Assembly (NCBI GenBank): GCA_964534445.1
Contig: CAZHOE010000005.1
Location: 26,969-90,968, forward strand
DNA length: 64,000 nt
Direction: 5' to 3'
DNA from: an uncultured Micavibrio sp.
GTDB lineage: Bacteria; Pseudomonadota; Alphaproteobacteria; Micavibrionales; UBA2020
Below the pieces are notes generated by a model. It was not told the origin of the DNA, ran no database searches, and was given only the letters and a program-made list of their open reading frames with translations. Of this stretch, positions 52,712 to 63,784 are shown one piece after another. Within the stretch, counting starts at the first letter, position 1, and the number at the start of each line of letters is the position of its first letter. Both the position numbers and the translations under genes were made by a program.

Positions 52712-52775
52712 TGAGTACGTCAAAAGCCTTTTGTTTAAAGGCTATTTGCACAGCCGTACCCTAAACTTGTGCCTG

Positions 52776-52792
52776 TTAACCTGCCGTTTACC
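52776..52792 (+). promoter_or_regulatory. CtrA-like binding site
   Basis: TTAA-N7-TTTAC, one mismatch to TTAA-N7-TTAAC. Confidence 0.4.
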
Positions 52793-52810
52793 ATTCCTTG
52801 GTACATTGAA

Positions 52811-52919
52811 GTCATCAAGATGATTTCGGACAAACGGTAACGGGATGTCCGGGTGTGTGATCTTCTCCAAAATGCTTGAAATTCAGGCCCGCTTCTAAAA
52901 AAAGCGGGCCCCTTTTTTT
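52811..52919 (+). ncRNA. Candidate small RNA
   Basis: Lies between the secA terminator and a second + strand terminator (GGCCCGCTT/AAGCGGGCC plus T7); contains CTTCTCC anti-SD-like tract; 5' end is a guess. Confidence 0.35.
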
Positions 52920-52935
52920 GTGCGTTCCGCTTGGC

Positions 52936-53829
52936 TTAAAGCTTGAAGGCGCGCGGGCCGGATTTGAGCTCCGCAACCGTCTCTTTGGGCAAAAGCGGGC
53001 TGACGCCCTTAACGGCATCGACAAGCGCGGGATGTTGTTTTTGCACCGCCTGTATCGCCACCGTTTGCGTATGGCGCAGACTTGCGTCAATCTCGCGGCC
53101 GATCTCGCCAAGACTTTTTTGGATCTGCCCCATTTTCTCGACAGCGTTATCCAGCTTCTCCATATTCGACCAGCTGGTAAAAATACCGGCAAATTCACTT
53201 AAGGCATCGACGAAGAGGTCAAAATTATTATCCGACTGCAAATCATCGGGTATGGATTTATCGAATCTTTCCTGTTCGCGCAGGTTCTTGTTCAAGTCGG
53301 TCAGCGCGGCAGAAGCGCCTTTCATGGCATCGACCGCCTCGCGCGTTTCAAGGTGCGACAGCATGCTAAAGCCAAAATTATTGCTCATCATATCGATGCC
53401 TTCCCAATCGCTGGCATCCTTGGATTCCTCAATCGCGTGGTCAACGGCGGCGACTGCGGTCATCAGTTTTTGTTTCGTTTCTTTCAGGTGATCGTAATTC
53501 GCGCGGAGCGTTGTGCCATCACTACCCATTTGCGCAAGCGCAAATTCACCGAACTGGCGGTAGGCGTCGCCCGCCTCTTCGCGCAGCGCAGCGTTTTTTT
53601 CTGCAATCTGGCCGTCGAGTTTGGCAACCTTGCGATTGACAGAGGCAATTTTGGTCGCCTTGGTGAAAGCATGGCTCAGCTTGCCCCACATGCCGTCCGG
53701 TTTATTGGCATGAAATTCCGCCACTTGCATGGCCATCGGCGCCCGCGCTCTGGCCAGTACTTCCTTTTCCTGCTCTAACGCGCCCGATTGAACTTCCCAT
53801 GCGCTCTGAATACGGTGGATTTCGGACAT
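52936..53829 (-). CDS. Hypothetical alpha-helical/coiled-coil protein
   Basis: 297-aa ORF filling the gap; helical heptads; basic Pro-containing C-tail. Confidence 0.75.
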   Translation of the reverse strand: MSEIHRIQSAWEVQSGALEQEKEVLARARAPMAMQVAEFHANKPDGMWGKLSHAFTKATKIASVNRKVAKLDGQIAEKNAALREEAGDAYRQFGEFALAQMGSDGTTLRANYDHLKETKQKLMTAVAAVDHAIEESKDASDWEGIDMMSNNFGFSMLSHLETREAVDAMKGASAALTDLNKNLREQERFDKSIPDDLQSDNNFDLFVDALSEFAGIFTSWSNMEKLDNAVEKMGQIQKSLGEIGREIDASLRHTQTVAIQAVQKQHPALVDAVKGVSPLLPKETVAELKSGPRAFKL

Positions 53830-53924
53830 GGCGGAGACTTTCACAACAGTTGAAACATGCCATATCATACCGCAACGGGCATTTTTATGTCAATAAAAGT
53901 GAGGCGCGGTATTGTTTTTAAAGG

Positions 53925-55406
53925 TTAATTTTCGGCCAAAACCTGCTTCACCGCTTTTTGCCAACCCTTGTACAGCTTGTCCCGGGTCTCTGGCGTCATG
54001 GCAGGGGTAAACGTGTGCTCGCAAGCCCAGGCCGCGGCAATGTCATCCACGGTTTTGAAAATCCCGACATGCAGCCCCGCCAGATAGGCCGCACCCAATG
54101 CCGTTGTCTCGATAATCTCCGGCCGTAGCACAGGCTTTGCCGTGATGTCTGCAATAAACTGGCACACCCAGTTATTTTTGACCATGCCGCCATCGACGCG
54201 GATTTCGGTGAAAGGTTTACCGGCGTCTTCCTGCATCGCCAGCATCAGGTCTTCTGTCTGGTAGGCCTGTGCCTCCAGCCCGGCGCGTACGATATGCGCC
54301 GCCGTTGCACCGCGCGTCAGCCCCGTAATCGCCGCCCGCGCATGCGGATTCCAATAGGGGGCGCCGAGCCCTGTGAAGGCGGGCACCAGATAAACACCGT
54401 TGTTGTGTTCGACAGATGTCGCAATCTCTTCCGTCTCCGCGGCCGATTTCAAAATGCCCAGCCCGTCGCGCAACCACTGGATCGCCGCACCGGCCACAAA
54501 AATCGAGCCTTCCAGCGCGTAGCAAATCTTGCCGTTCAGGCGGTAAGCCACCGTCGTCAACAAACGGTTTTTCGATTGCTTGAATGCTCCGCCGATATTC
54601 ATCAGCGCAAAGCAGCCTGTGCCGTAAGTGCTTTTGACCATCCCCTCTTTGAAGCAGGCCTGTCCGACCAGCGCGGCCTGCTGATCGCCCGCCATGCCTG
54701 TCACCGGTACCGGTGCTCCCAACAGCAGGGTGCGGCCAAATTCCGTGCTGTTGTCTTTGACTTCCGGCAACATGCTGCGCGGAATATCCAGCAGTGACAG
54801 CAGTTCATCATCCCATTCCTGCGTGACGATATTGTACATCAACGTGCGCGATGCATTGGTGATGTCGGTGGCATGCACCTGCCCCTCCGTCAAGCGCCAC
54901 AACAAAAAACTGTCGATGGTGCCAAAGGCAAGCTGCCCCGCTTCCGCCCTATCCCGCGCGCCTTCGACGTGGTCGAGAATCCATTTCACCTTGGTGCCGG
55001 AAAAATAGGCATCGAGCAGCAGGCCGGTTTTTTGTGCAAAAATGTCTTCATGCCCCGCATCCCGCAAGGCATCACAGGTATCGGCTGTGCGGCGGTCTTG
55101 CCAGACGATGGCGTTATAAAGAGTCTCGCCCGTTTCACGATCCCAGACAACGGTCGTTTCGCGCTGGTTGGTAATACCGATCGCAGCAACATCCGCAGGC
55201 GTAATGCCGACCTGATTCAAAACGGCGCGGCACACATATTGCGTATCTTCCCAGATGTCCTCTGCATTTTGTTCGACCCAGCCGTTTTCGGGATAGAACA
55301 GCGTCAGTTCTTTTTGACTGATACCGGTAATTTTGCCCTTTTCATCGAACAAAATCGCGCGTGTGCTGGTCGTGCCTTGGTCGATGGCCATGATATAGCG
55401 GGTCAT
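53925..55406 (-). CDS. glpK: Glycerol kinase
   Basis: DQGTTSTR, GITNQRET, WQDRRT, GDQQAAL, KSTYGTG. Confidence 0.97.
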   Translation of the reverse strand: MTRYIMAIDQGTTSTRAILFDEKGKITGISQKELTLFYPENGWVEQNAEDIWEDTQYVCRAVLNQVGITPADVAAIGITNQRETTVVWDRETGETLYNAIVWQDRRTADTCDALRDAGHEDIFAQKTGLLLDAYFSGTKVKWILDHVEGARDRAEAGQLAFGTIDSFLLWRLTEGQVHATDITNASRTLMYNIVTQEWDDELLSLLDIPRSMLPEVKDNSTEFGRTLLLGAPVPVTGMAGDQQAALVGQACFKEGMVKSTYGTGCFALMNIGGAFKQSKNRLLTTVAYRLNGKICYALEGSIFVAGAAIQWLRDGLGILKSAAETEEIATSVEHNNGVYLVPAFTGLGAPYWNPHARAAITGLTRGATAAHIVRAGLEAQAYQTEDLMLAMQEDAGKPFTEIRVDGGMVKNNWVCQFIADITAKPVLRPEIIETTALGAAYLAGLHVGIFKTVDDIAAAWACEHTFTPAMTPETRDKLYKGWQKAVKQVLAEN

Positions 55407-55409
55407 GCC

Positions 55410-56939
55410 TTACTTCTCCTTCGGGCGGGTATAAATTTTCTTCAGCAGCTTGGCGATATTCTTTTGCGTTTCTTCGCCGATATGCAGCCCCAGTTTGGAG
55501 CGGCGCCATAAAACGTCATCCAGCGTCATCGCCCATTCGATGGTGGCGAGATAGCGGATTTCCGCTTCATAGACCTGATCACCCAGATCCTGCCCCATAT
55601 CCGACAACCGCTTGCAACCACGCAACAACGTACGCACGCGCGAGCCGTAAGCACGGGCAAGGCGATGCGCCAGCGCTTCGGGCAGCCAGTTAAATTCGCG
55701 CTTGAGCGTTTTAAGGAAGGTATCAAAATTCAGCCCGGAGGCCTCCCCGCCCGGCAGGGTCGCTTCCGCCGTCCAGTTTCCGCCGCCGCGCCCCAGCACC
55801 GCGACAACTTTTTCGCCGACGTGTTCGGACAGTTTGCGGAAAGTTGTGATTTTACCGCCATAGATGGACAAAATCGGTGCGCCCTTGTGATGTTCCAGAT
55901 CCAGAATGTAATCGCGCGTGACGGCTTTCGCATCGCTTTCCCCGTCATCGAGCAACGGGCGTACGCCGCTGTAAGTCCATTCGACATCTTCCGGCTTTAT
56001 CTGATGGCGGAAATAGCCATTGACCGCATTGCACAGATATTCAACTTCACTGATATCAATCCGTACTTCCTCGATATCGCCGTGATATTCGACATCCGTC
56101 GTACCGATCAGGGAATATTTCTTCTCGTATGGAATAACAAAAACGATGCGCCCGTCTTCGTTTTGCAAAATATAGGCATGGTCGCCGTGGTGCAGCTTGG
56201 GCACAATGATATGACTGCCCTTGACCCAGCGCACTTTGTATTTGCCGATATCGCCCGCACCGCCCGCCAAAGCCAGCGCCTGACTCACCCAGGGGCCCGC
56301 CGCGTTGACCACCATATTGGCGTGTATTTTATAGGTTTCATCGGTGATATTGTCGTGCAGGGTGACTGTCCAGCCGTCATGTTTGCTATGCTTGGCCAGA
56401 TGCACGACTTCCGTGCGCGGCAAAATCGTCGCGCCGCGTTCCGACGCATCCAGCGCGGCCAGAATAACAAGGCGCGTATCTTCCACCCAGCAATCGGCAT
56501 AACTGAAACCGCGCTTGAACGATGCTTTCAGCGGTTGCCCCAGACGCGTGCCCGGCAGCGTCTTACCTTCGGATTTCGGCAAGCTGCGGCGGCCGCCCAG
56601 ATGGTCATACAAAAACAGCCCCATGCGGATCAGCCACCACGGGCGCAGTTTGTTATGATGCGGCAAAATAAATGTCAGCGGCCAGATGATGTGCGGCGCA
56701 GAGCGGAGCAGCACTTCGCGTTCCTTCAAGGCCTCGCGCACCAGACGGAATTCGTAATACTCCAGATAACGCAAGCCGCCGTGGATCAGTTTGGTACTGG
56801 CAGAGGACGTGGCGGAAGCCAGATCATTTTTTTCGCACAGCACGACAGACAGGCCGCGCCCGGCAAGGTCACGCGCAATACCGGCGCCGTTCACGCCGCC
56901 GCCGATGACCAATACGTCCGTTTCCCTGATCTTTGTCAC
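55410..56939 (-). CDS. glpD: Aerobic glycerol-3-phosphate dehydrogenase
   Basis: IGGGVNG, TSSASTKLIHGGLRYLE, GVRPL, GGKITT. Confidence 0.96.
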   Translation of the reverse strand: MTKIRETDVLVIGGGVNGAGIARDLAGRGLSVVLCEKNDLASATSSASTKLIHGGLRYLEYYEFRLVREALKEREVLLRSAPHIIWPLTFILPHHNKLRPWWLIRMGLFLYDHLGGRRSLPKSEGKTLPGTRLGQPLKASFKRGFSYADCWVEDTRLVILAALDASERGATILPRTEVVHLAKHSKHDGWTVTLHDNITDETYKIHANMVVNAAGPWVSQALALAGGAGDIGKYKVRWVKGSHIIVPKLHHGDHAYILQNEDGRIVFVIPYEKKYSLIGTTDVEYHGDIEEVRIDISEVEYLCNAVNGYFRHQIKPEDVEWTYSGVRPLLDDGESDAKAVTRDYILDLEHHKGAPILSIYGGKITTFRKLSEHVGEKVVAVLGRGGGNWTAEATLPGGEASGLNFDTFLKTLKREFNWLPEALAHRLARAYGSRVRTLLRGCKRLSDMGQDLGDQVYEAEIRYLATIEWAMTLDDVLWRRSKLGLHIGEETQKNIAKLLKKIYTRPKEK

Positions 56940-57115
56940 GCTGTCCCGATTGCCAGATCGCTAAAAAGTTTAACTAACTATCTGATATAAAAACGGAATA
57001 ACCTTGAATTGGCAATAGTTTTGTCAAAAGATCACGCAAAGATTAGTCAGAATCTGATTTTTTATCTGCCGCGTGGTGCAAGGCCGTTACAATTTTACCT
57101 TGCGACCCTAAAGCA

Positions 57116-57151
57116 CGAAGGGCTGAGAATAAAAATATTCTCAGTCCTTCG
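57116..57151. terminator. Hairpin downstream of leucine dehydrogenase
   Basis: CGAAGGGCTGAGAAT...ATTCTCAGTCCTTCG long stem; weak U-tract. Confidence 0.5.
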
Positions 57152-57189
57152 GACGCCTGTTTTTATATGTATTATTTTTTAAGTGGCTT

Positions 57190-58272
57190 TCAGGCCGCTT
57201 TGCACGCCTGTTTTTCCTTGAAGCGCGTCTCGGCGATGCGATCGGCAGCGGCCGCCATGGAGATATTCTCCTGCTCCGTCCGCTTGGCGATCATATCCAC
57301 CGTCCCCGCGATTTGCGCAACGTGTTCAAGCACCAGCGTGCGGTCGTATGCCTTGCCTGTGGTGCGTGCCAGATATTCGTAATAAACGCTGATGACACCA
57401 CCTGCGTTAATCACGTAATCCGGTGCGTAGAGAATTTTCATCTCGCGCAGCTTATCGCCATGGCGCACTTCTGCCAGCTGGTTATTGGCCGCACCTGCCA
57501 CCACCTGCACCTTCAAACGCGGCAAGGTTTCATCATTCAGGATGGCGCCCAGGGCACAAGGCACGAAAATATCGGCATCGACATCATAGATTTCATTCAG
57601 ACCAACAACCGTTGCACCGAATTCGTTTTTCGCCATATCCAGTTTTTCAACCTGAATATCCGTCACCGTCAGGATCGCGCCGTCTTTGTGCAGCAGTTTG
57701 CACAGGTTGTAGCCGACGTTGCCAAGACCTTGTACGGCCACCTTCACGCCGCGCAGATCGTTTTTACCCAGACGCAGACGCGCCGCCGCCTTCAGACCGG
57801 TATAAACACCCAGCGCTGTCGTCGGTGACGGATCGCCCATGCCCTCAATCCCTTCTTCCGAGGGGATACCGACAACGAATTCCGTTTCCATGTGAATGTT
57901 TTGCATGTCTTCGACAGTCGTGCCGACGTCTTCGGCAATAATGTATTGACCGGCGAAAGTATCCACCGCACGGCCCATGGCACGCATCAGTTCGGGTGTT
58001 TTGATCTTGCGGCTGTCGCCAATGATCACGGATTTACCGCCACCGAGCGGCAGGCCGCTGATGGCTGCTTTATACGTCATCCCGCGGGACAGGCGCAGTA
58101 CATCGTTCAGTGCCTGCTCGTCATTATCATATGCCCACATGCGGCAGCCGCCAAGTGCAGGCCCCAAATGCGTATTGTGCACAGCGATGATCGCGCGCAA
58201 GCCCGTCTGGGGACACTGGAAGAAAGACACCTGTTCGTGCTGATCAAATTCCTTATGGCTGAATACGGACAT
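57190..58272 (-). CDS. Leucine dehydrogenase (Glu/Leu/Phe/Val DH)
   Basis: GPALGGCRM, GMTYK, GGGKS, AEDVGT, GLGNVG, GAANNQ. Confidence 0.93.
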   Translation of the reverse strand: MSVFSHKEFDQHEQVSFFQCPQTGLRAIIAVHNTHLGPALGGCRMWAYDNDEQALNDVLRLSRGMTYKAAISGLPLGGGKSVIIGDSRKIKTPELMRAMGRAVDTFAGQYIIAEDVGTTVEDMQNIHMETEFVVGIPSEEGIEGMGDPSPTTALGVYTGLKAAARLRLGKNDLRGVKVAVQGLGNVGYNLCKLLHKDGAILTVTDIQVEKLDMAKNEFGATVVGLNEIYDVDADIFVPCALGAILNDETLPRLKVQVVAGAANNQLAEVRHGDKLREMKILYAPDYVINAGGVISVYYEYLARTTGKAYDRTLVLEHVAQIAGTVDMIAKRTEQENISMAAAADRIAETRFKEKQACKAA

Positions 58273-58553
58273 AACGTTTCTCCTTCTCACGCAAGAGGTT
58301 CTTATTTGTATGTTGTTATCCGATTTGACACATCCAAGGGGGGTTTGCAATAAACTTGCGCTGCAACATAATTTTGTTGCACTGCGTTTTTTTGCGGATT
58401 AAACGAATGTTTCACGCACATGAAAAAAAGCGATCTAAAATATCCAAAAATGCCGCATGTGTGCGGCGCACAAAACGGCGTTTTGCTTATCACCGAAAGC
58501 GCGATAAACCCCCGAGTCTAAAGGCGCATTGCGAATGATTATCAGTCTTGTTT

Positions 58554-59080
58554 TTAAGGGACGACGATTTGTTCAGATGTCAAATTCTGTGGCTTAAAGT
58601 CGCGCGGGCCGCCGGCTGAAACGGGGCGCGGGGCGAAGCGCCCCATGCTGATGAGGCGGTCGTACATCACAATCGCGCCCGCCACGCCCACATTGACGCA
58701 GAACTTCATGGGGATCTTGATGGCATGGTCGCAGCGCGCCAGCATTTCATCCGACACATTCCCCATTTCACGCCCCAGCACATAAACGGCGCGCGTCGGG
58801 TGGCGGAAACTCGGCAGTTCCACCGCATCGGGCAGTAACTCCACCGCCACCAGCGATGTGTTTTCCGGCAGCACCATGTCGTTCACCGATTTGAAGTTAT
58901 AAAACGGCAGATGCCCGAAAGCGCCGGAAGTATCGGAACCGCGCATACCGAGCACATCTACCTCCGGATCAATCGTATAAAAAAAATTCGCACCGAATGA
59001 ATGGGCGGAGCGCAGCAAATTGCCAACATTCATCGGTTTGGAGATTCCCTCCACCCCGATGCCAAAAAATCCTCTTGTCA

Positions 59081-59084
<4 letters not shown>
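58554..59084 (-). CDS. TrmH/SpoU RNA methyltransferase
   Basis: [27 protein letters not shown]. Confidence 0.9.
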
Positions 59085-61060
<1,976 letters not shown>

Positions 61061-61201
61061 ACGCGCATCGCTCCTTCAATGTTTGGCATCAAAAACAGGG
61101 CTCAAAAATATGTGGCCACATCATACATGCCGCCCCCCCGACAATCCATACGCAATATGCCGTTTTACGGCAAATAGAGCCTTTAAAATCAGCGCTTTTG
61201 C

Positions 61202-61230
61202 TTGCCTTTCGGCGCCCCGCCGCCCAAAAT
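61202..61230 (+). promoter_or_regulatory. Sigma70-like promoter for the DUF2282-sigF-nrsF operon
   Basis: TTGCCT-N17-CAAAAT. Confidence 0.4.
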
Positions 61231-61264
61231 ACGGCACGTTCATTCCAATAGCGGAGTTTAGACA

Positions 61265-61594
61265 ATGACCACCAAATCCATCCTGACCGCAACGGCGCTC
61301 GCGGGGATCCTGACACTTGCCGCGCAAACCACGCCGGCAGAGGCCGCCAAGCTGGAGAAATGCTACGGCGTGGCCAAGGCGGGCGAAAATGACTGCCACC
61401 ACCCCGCCCATAGCTGCGCGGGTCTTGGCACCATTGATGGTGATCCCGCCGAATACGTTATGATGCCGACCGGCCTTTGCGAAAAACTGGTCAACGGCAG
61501 CCTGACGGCAGGCGCGCCTGCCATGCAGCCGGAAGGAGAGCCCGGACATAGCGAAGGCCACAGCGGCCACGACCATAGTGACGCTGCCGAATAA
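61265..61594 (+). CDS. DUF2282 (BufA1-type bufferin precursor) with His-rich tail
   Basis: Signal peptide; EKCYGVAKAGENDC...SCAG...GLCEKLVNG; tail GHSEGHSGHDHS. Confidence 0.9.
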   Translation: MTTKSILTATALAGILTLAAQTTPAEAAKLEKCYGVAKAGENDCHHPAHSCAGLGTIDGDPAEYVMMPTGLCEKLVNGSLTAGAPAMQPEGEPGHSEGHSGHDHSDAAE

Positions 61595-61600
61595 ACGCTG

Positions 61601-62185
61601 ATGACCGATACCGCATCTCCCGCCGGCAAGACGCCTGCTGACATGCCCGATCTTGCGGCATTGATGCAGGCTGCGCAGAACGGGGATGCGGCGGCCTATG
61701 CCGCCTTGCTGACGACGATCAGCCCGATCCTGAAACGATTTTTGAAATCACGCCTGTTCAGCGATACGGCGCTGGATGATATTTTGCAGGAAATTCTGCT
61801 GGCCATTCATACCGCGCGCCATACCTATCGCCCCGAACAGCCCTTCGCGCATTGGATGTTCGGTATCGCCCGCCATAAATTGATTGATTATTTCCGCCGC
61901 CACGGCCGCAAACAAAGCCGCGAGGTTTCCGGAGACGATCTTGTAACCTTTATGGCCGATACGGCGAATACGCCCGAAGAGGCCTTGTCTTATAAAGACA
62001 TACGTCAGGCACTCCGCCGCCTGCCCGACAGGCAGCGCAAAGTGGTGACCTTGACGAAAATAGAAGGTTATTCAATGGCCGAAACGGCGGCTAAACTGGG
62101 GATGAGCGAAACAGCGGTCAAAGTCACCGCCCACCGCGCCTATAAAAAACTCAAGGAATGGTTGATTGCCGATGGATACGCCTGA
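61601..62185 (+). CDS. ECF sigma factor, SigF/ECF16-like
   Basis: QEILLAIHTARHTY, ARHKLID, AVKVTAHR; followed by NrsF. Confidence 0.9.
   Translation: MTDTASPAGKTPADMPDLAALMQAAQNGDAAAYAALLTTISPILKRFLKSRLFSDTALDDILQEILLAIHTARHTYRPEQPFAHWMFGIARHKLIDYFRRHGRKQSREVSGDDLVTFMADTANTPEEALSYKDIRQALRRLPDRQRKVVTLTKIEGYSMAETAAKLGMSETAVKVTAHRAYKKLKEWLIADGYA
61942..61968 (+). promoter_or_regulatory. SigF-type promoter inside the sigma CDS
   Basis: TGTAACC-N16-CGAA exact. Confidence 0.6.
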
Positions 62186-62804
62186 TGATCTGATTAAAAA
62201 TCTGACACGCGATTTGAAGCCTGTCACCCCCCTCGCGCCCGACTGGCAGCGCGCGGTCATCTTCGCCTCCATCGGGTTGACGTTGACCTTTGGCACTGCC
62301 GTGCTGCTCGGCCTGCGGGAAGATCTGGCTGCCCACCTGCAGCGTATGGAATTTCTGGCCGAAATCGCGGCACTGCTGCTGGCAGGTTTTTTATCGACCG
62401 GTGCAGCTGTTAAACTTGCCGTGCCCGATACACGCCTGCGCCTCCCTGTCAAATTGCCGCTGGCACTTGCGCATCTGGCCTGGTTCTGGCTGCTGACCAA
62501 AACCGCCTTTGAGCTGCCGGTATCCCATGACTCCGGCCACGGCGCATGCGCCGTTGATTTAACCCTGATGATGATCCTGCCGCTGGCCGCTGCCACAGGC
62601 GGGATTATGCGCGGTGCCCCCGTCTTCCGCAGTCTGGCGGGCTATGCGATGAGCCTATCGATGGTCTCTTTTGCCGCCGCCGCCATGCGTCTTTTATGCC
62701 CGAATGACGAAGCGGGGCATTTGCTTTTCTGGCATTTCCTGCCTGCGGTCGGTATTGCGGTGCTGGGTATTGCGATTGGTCTTTTTGCCTTCCGCCAAAA
62801 ATAA
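62172..62804 (+). CDS. nrsF: NrsF (DUF1109) membrane anti-sigma factor
   Basis: MDTPDDLIKNLTRDLKPV, six TM, conserved Cys (GAC, LCP), RGAP, WH. Confidence 0.88.
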   Translation: MDTPDDLIKNLTRDLKPVTPLAPDWQRAVIFASIGLTLTFGTAVLLGLREDLAAHLQRMEFLAEIAALLLAGFLSTGAAVKLAVPDTRLRLPVKLPLALAHLAWFWLLTKTAFELPVSHDSGHGACAVDLTLMMILPLAAATGGIMRGAPVFRSLAGYAMSLSMVSFAAAAMRLLCPNDEAGHLLFWHFLPAVGIAVLGIAIGLFAFRQK

Positions 62805-62815
62805 TCCGAATCCGC

Positions 62816-62842
62816 TGAAACCTTTTGAAGCCTGCCGGCGAA
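62816..62842 (+). promoter_or_regulatory. SigF-type promoter for the bufferin operon
   Basis: TGAAACC-N16-CGAA. Confidence 0.65.
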
Positions 62843-62863
62843 TAAGACGTCGGCAGGCTTTTT
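62828..62863 (+). terminator. Terminator of sigF-nrsF overlapping the downstream promoter
   Basis: AAGCCTGCCG/CGGCAGGCTT stem plus T-run. Confidence 0.6.
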
Positions 62864-62912
62864 CGTCTTGCCGTTCACAACAACCTGCACAAGCAAAAAA
62901 GGATACTCCTCC

Positions 62913-63179
62913 ATGAAAAAAACAACCATTCTGTCTGCTGCCGCCCTGTCCACCTTGCTGGCATTTGCCGCATCTCCCGCCGCAATGGCCGAAACCAAAA
63001 GCGAAAAATGTTACGGTGTTGTCAAAGCCGGTAAAAACGACTGCGGCGCCAATGGCCACAGCTGTGCCGGCCATGCCGCCAACGACGGGGATAAAAACGA
63101 ATGGGTACTGGTACCGCAAGGTCTTTGCGAAAAGCTCGTCGGCGGGTCGACCGAAAAACCGATGATGGATAAAAAATAA
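62913..63179 (+). CDS. DUF2282 (BufA1-type bufferin precursor), canonical
   Basis: Signal peptide; EKCYGVVKAGKNDCGANGHSCAG...EWVLVPQGLCEKLVGG. Confidence 0.93.
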   Translation: MKKTTILSAAALSTLLAFAASPAAMAETKSEKCYGVVKAGKNDCGANGHSCAGHAANDGDKNEWVLVPQGLCEKLVGGSTEKPMMDKK

Positions 63180-63186
63180 TCCCTCT

Positions 63187-63226
63187 GCCGCTGCCGCGTG
63201 CCTAATACGCGGCGGCGGCTCTTTTT
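63187..63226 (+). terminator. Hairpin/partial terminator after the precursor gene
   Basis: GCCGCTGCCGCGT/ACGCGGCGGCGGC stem plus T5. Confidence 0.6.
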
Positions 63227-63241
63227 ATGGAGGGTTTCATC

Positions 63242-63784
63242 ATGCAAAAATATTTCCGTCGTCTGCGCGATATCGCCGCCTACAAAATACGTTTTGCCGA
63301 AAGCTACGGCGCGCCGCTGGCGCTGCTGGCCACACGCATATATCTCGGCCTTGTATTCTGGCGATCCGGCATGACAAAAATCACAAATCTGGAGAGTACC
63401 AAAACGCTTTTTGAATACGAATACATCCCGCTCTGGCAGGAAAACAGCACCAAGAATATTCTGGGCTTTGAGATCACCTTTCCCGTGCCGGATGCCGGCT
63501 TTGCCGCCCTGAGTGCCACAGGAGCGGAACTGGTTTTTGGCGCACTGCTGATCCTCGGGCTGGGCGCACGTGCCGCAGCTCTTGGCCTTTTCATGATGGC
63601 GCTGACGATCGAAAGCTTTATTTACCCCAATACGGTCGAACATCATTACTGGATGCTGCTGACAGGGCTTGTCATGGCGCTCGGGGGCGGTAAACTATCG
63701 GCAGATTACGGGATCCGCAAAAAGCTTTTGCCGGATACCTTGCCAAACACCTGCAATGCGACAACCGGAACGGCCACCACATGA
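63242..63784 (+). CDS. DoxX family membrane protein (BufD-like)
   Basis: [40 protein letters not shown]. Confidence 0.9.
   Translation: MQKYFRRLRDIAAYKIRFAESYGAPLALLATRIYLGLVFWRSGMTKITNLESTKTLFEYEYIPLWQENSTKNILGFEITFPVPDAGFAALSATGAELVFGALLILGLGARAAALGLFMMALTIESFIYPNTVEHHYWMLLTGLVMALGGGKLSADYGIRKKLLPDTLPNTCNATTGTATT

Noticed and set aside
55665-56990. 441-aa + ORF (similarly 60137-61177, 25491-26510, 12797-13612)
   Set aside because: Antisense shadows of glpD, acetoacetyl-CoA synthetase, tamA and the PRC gene
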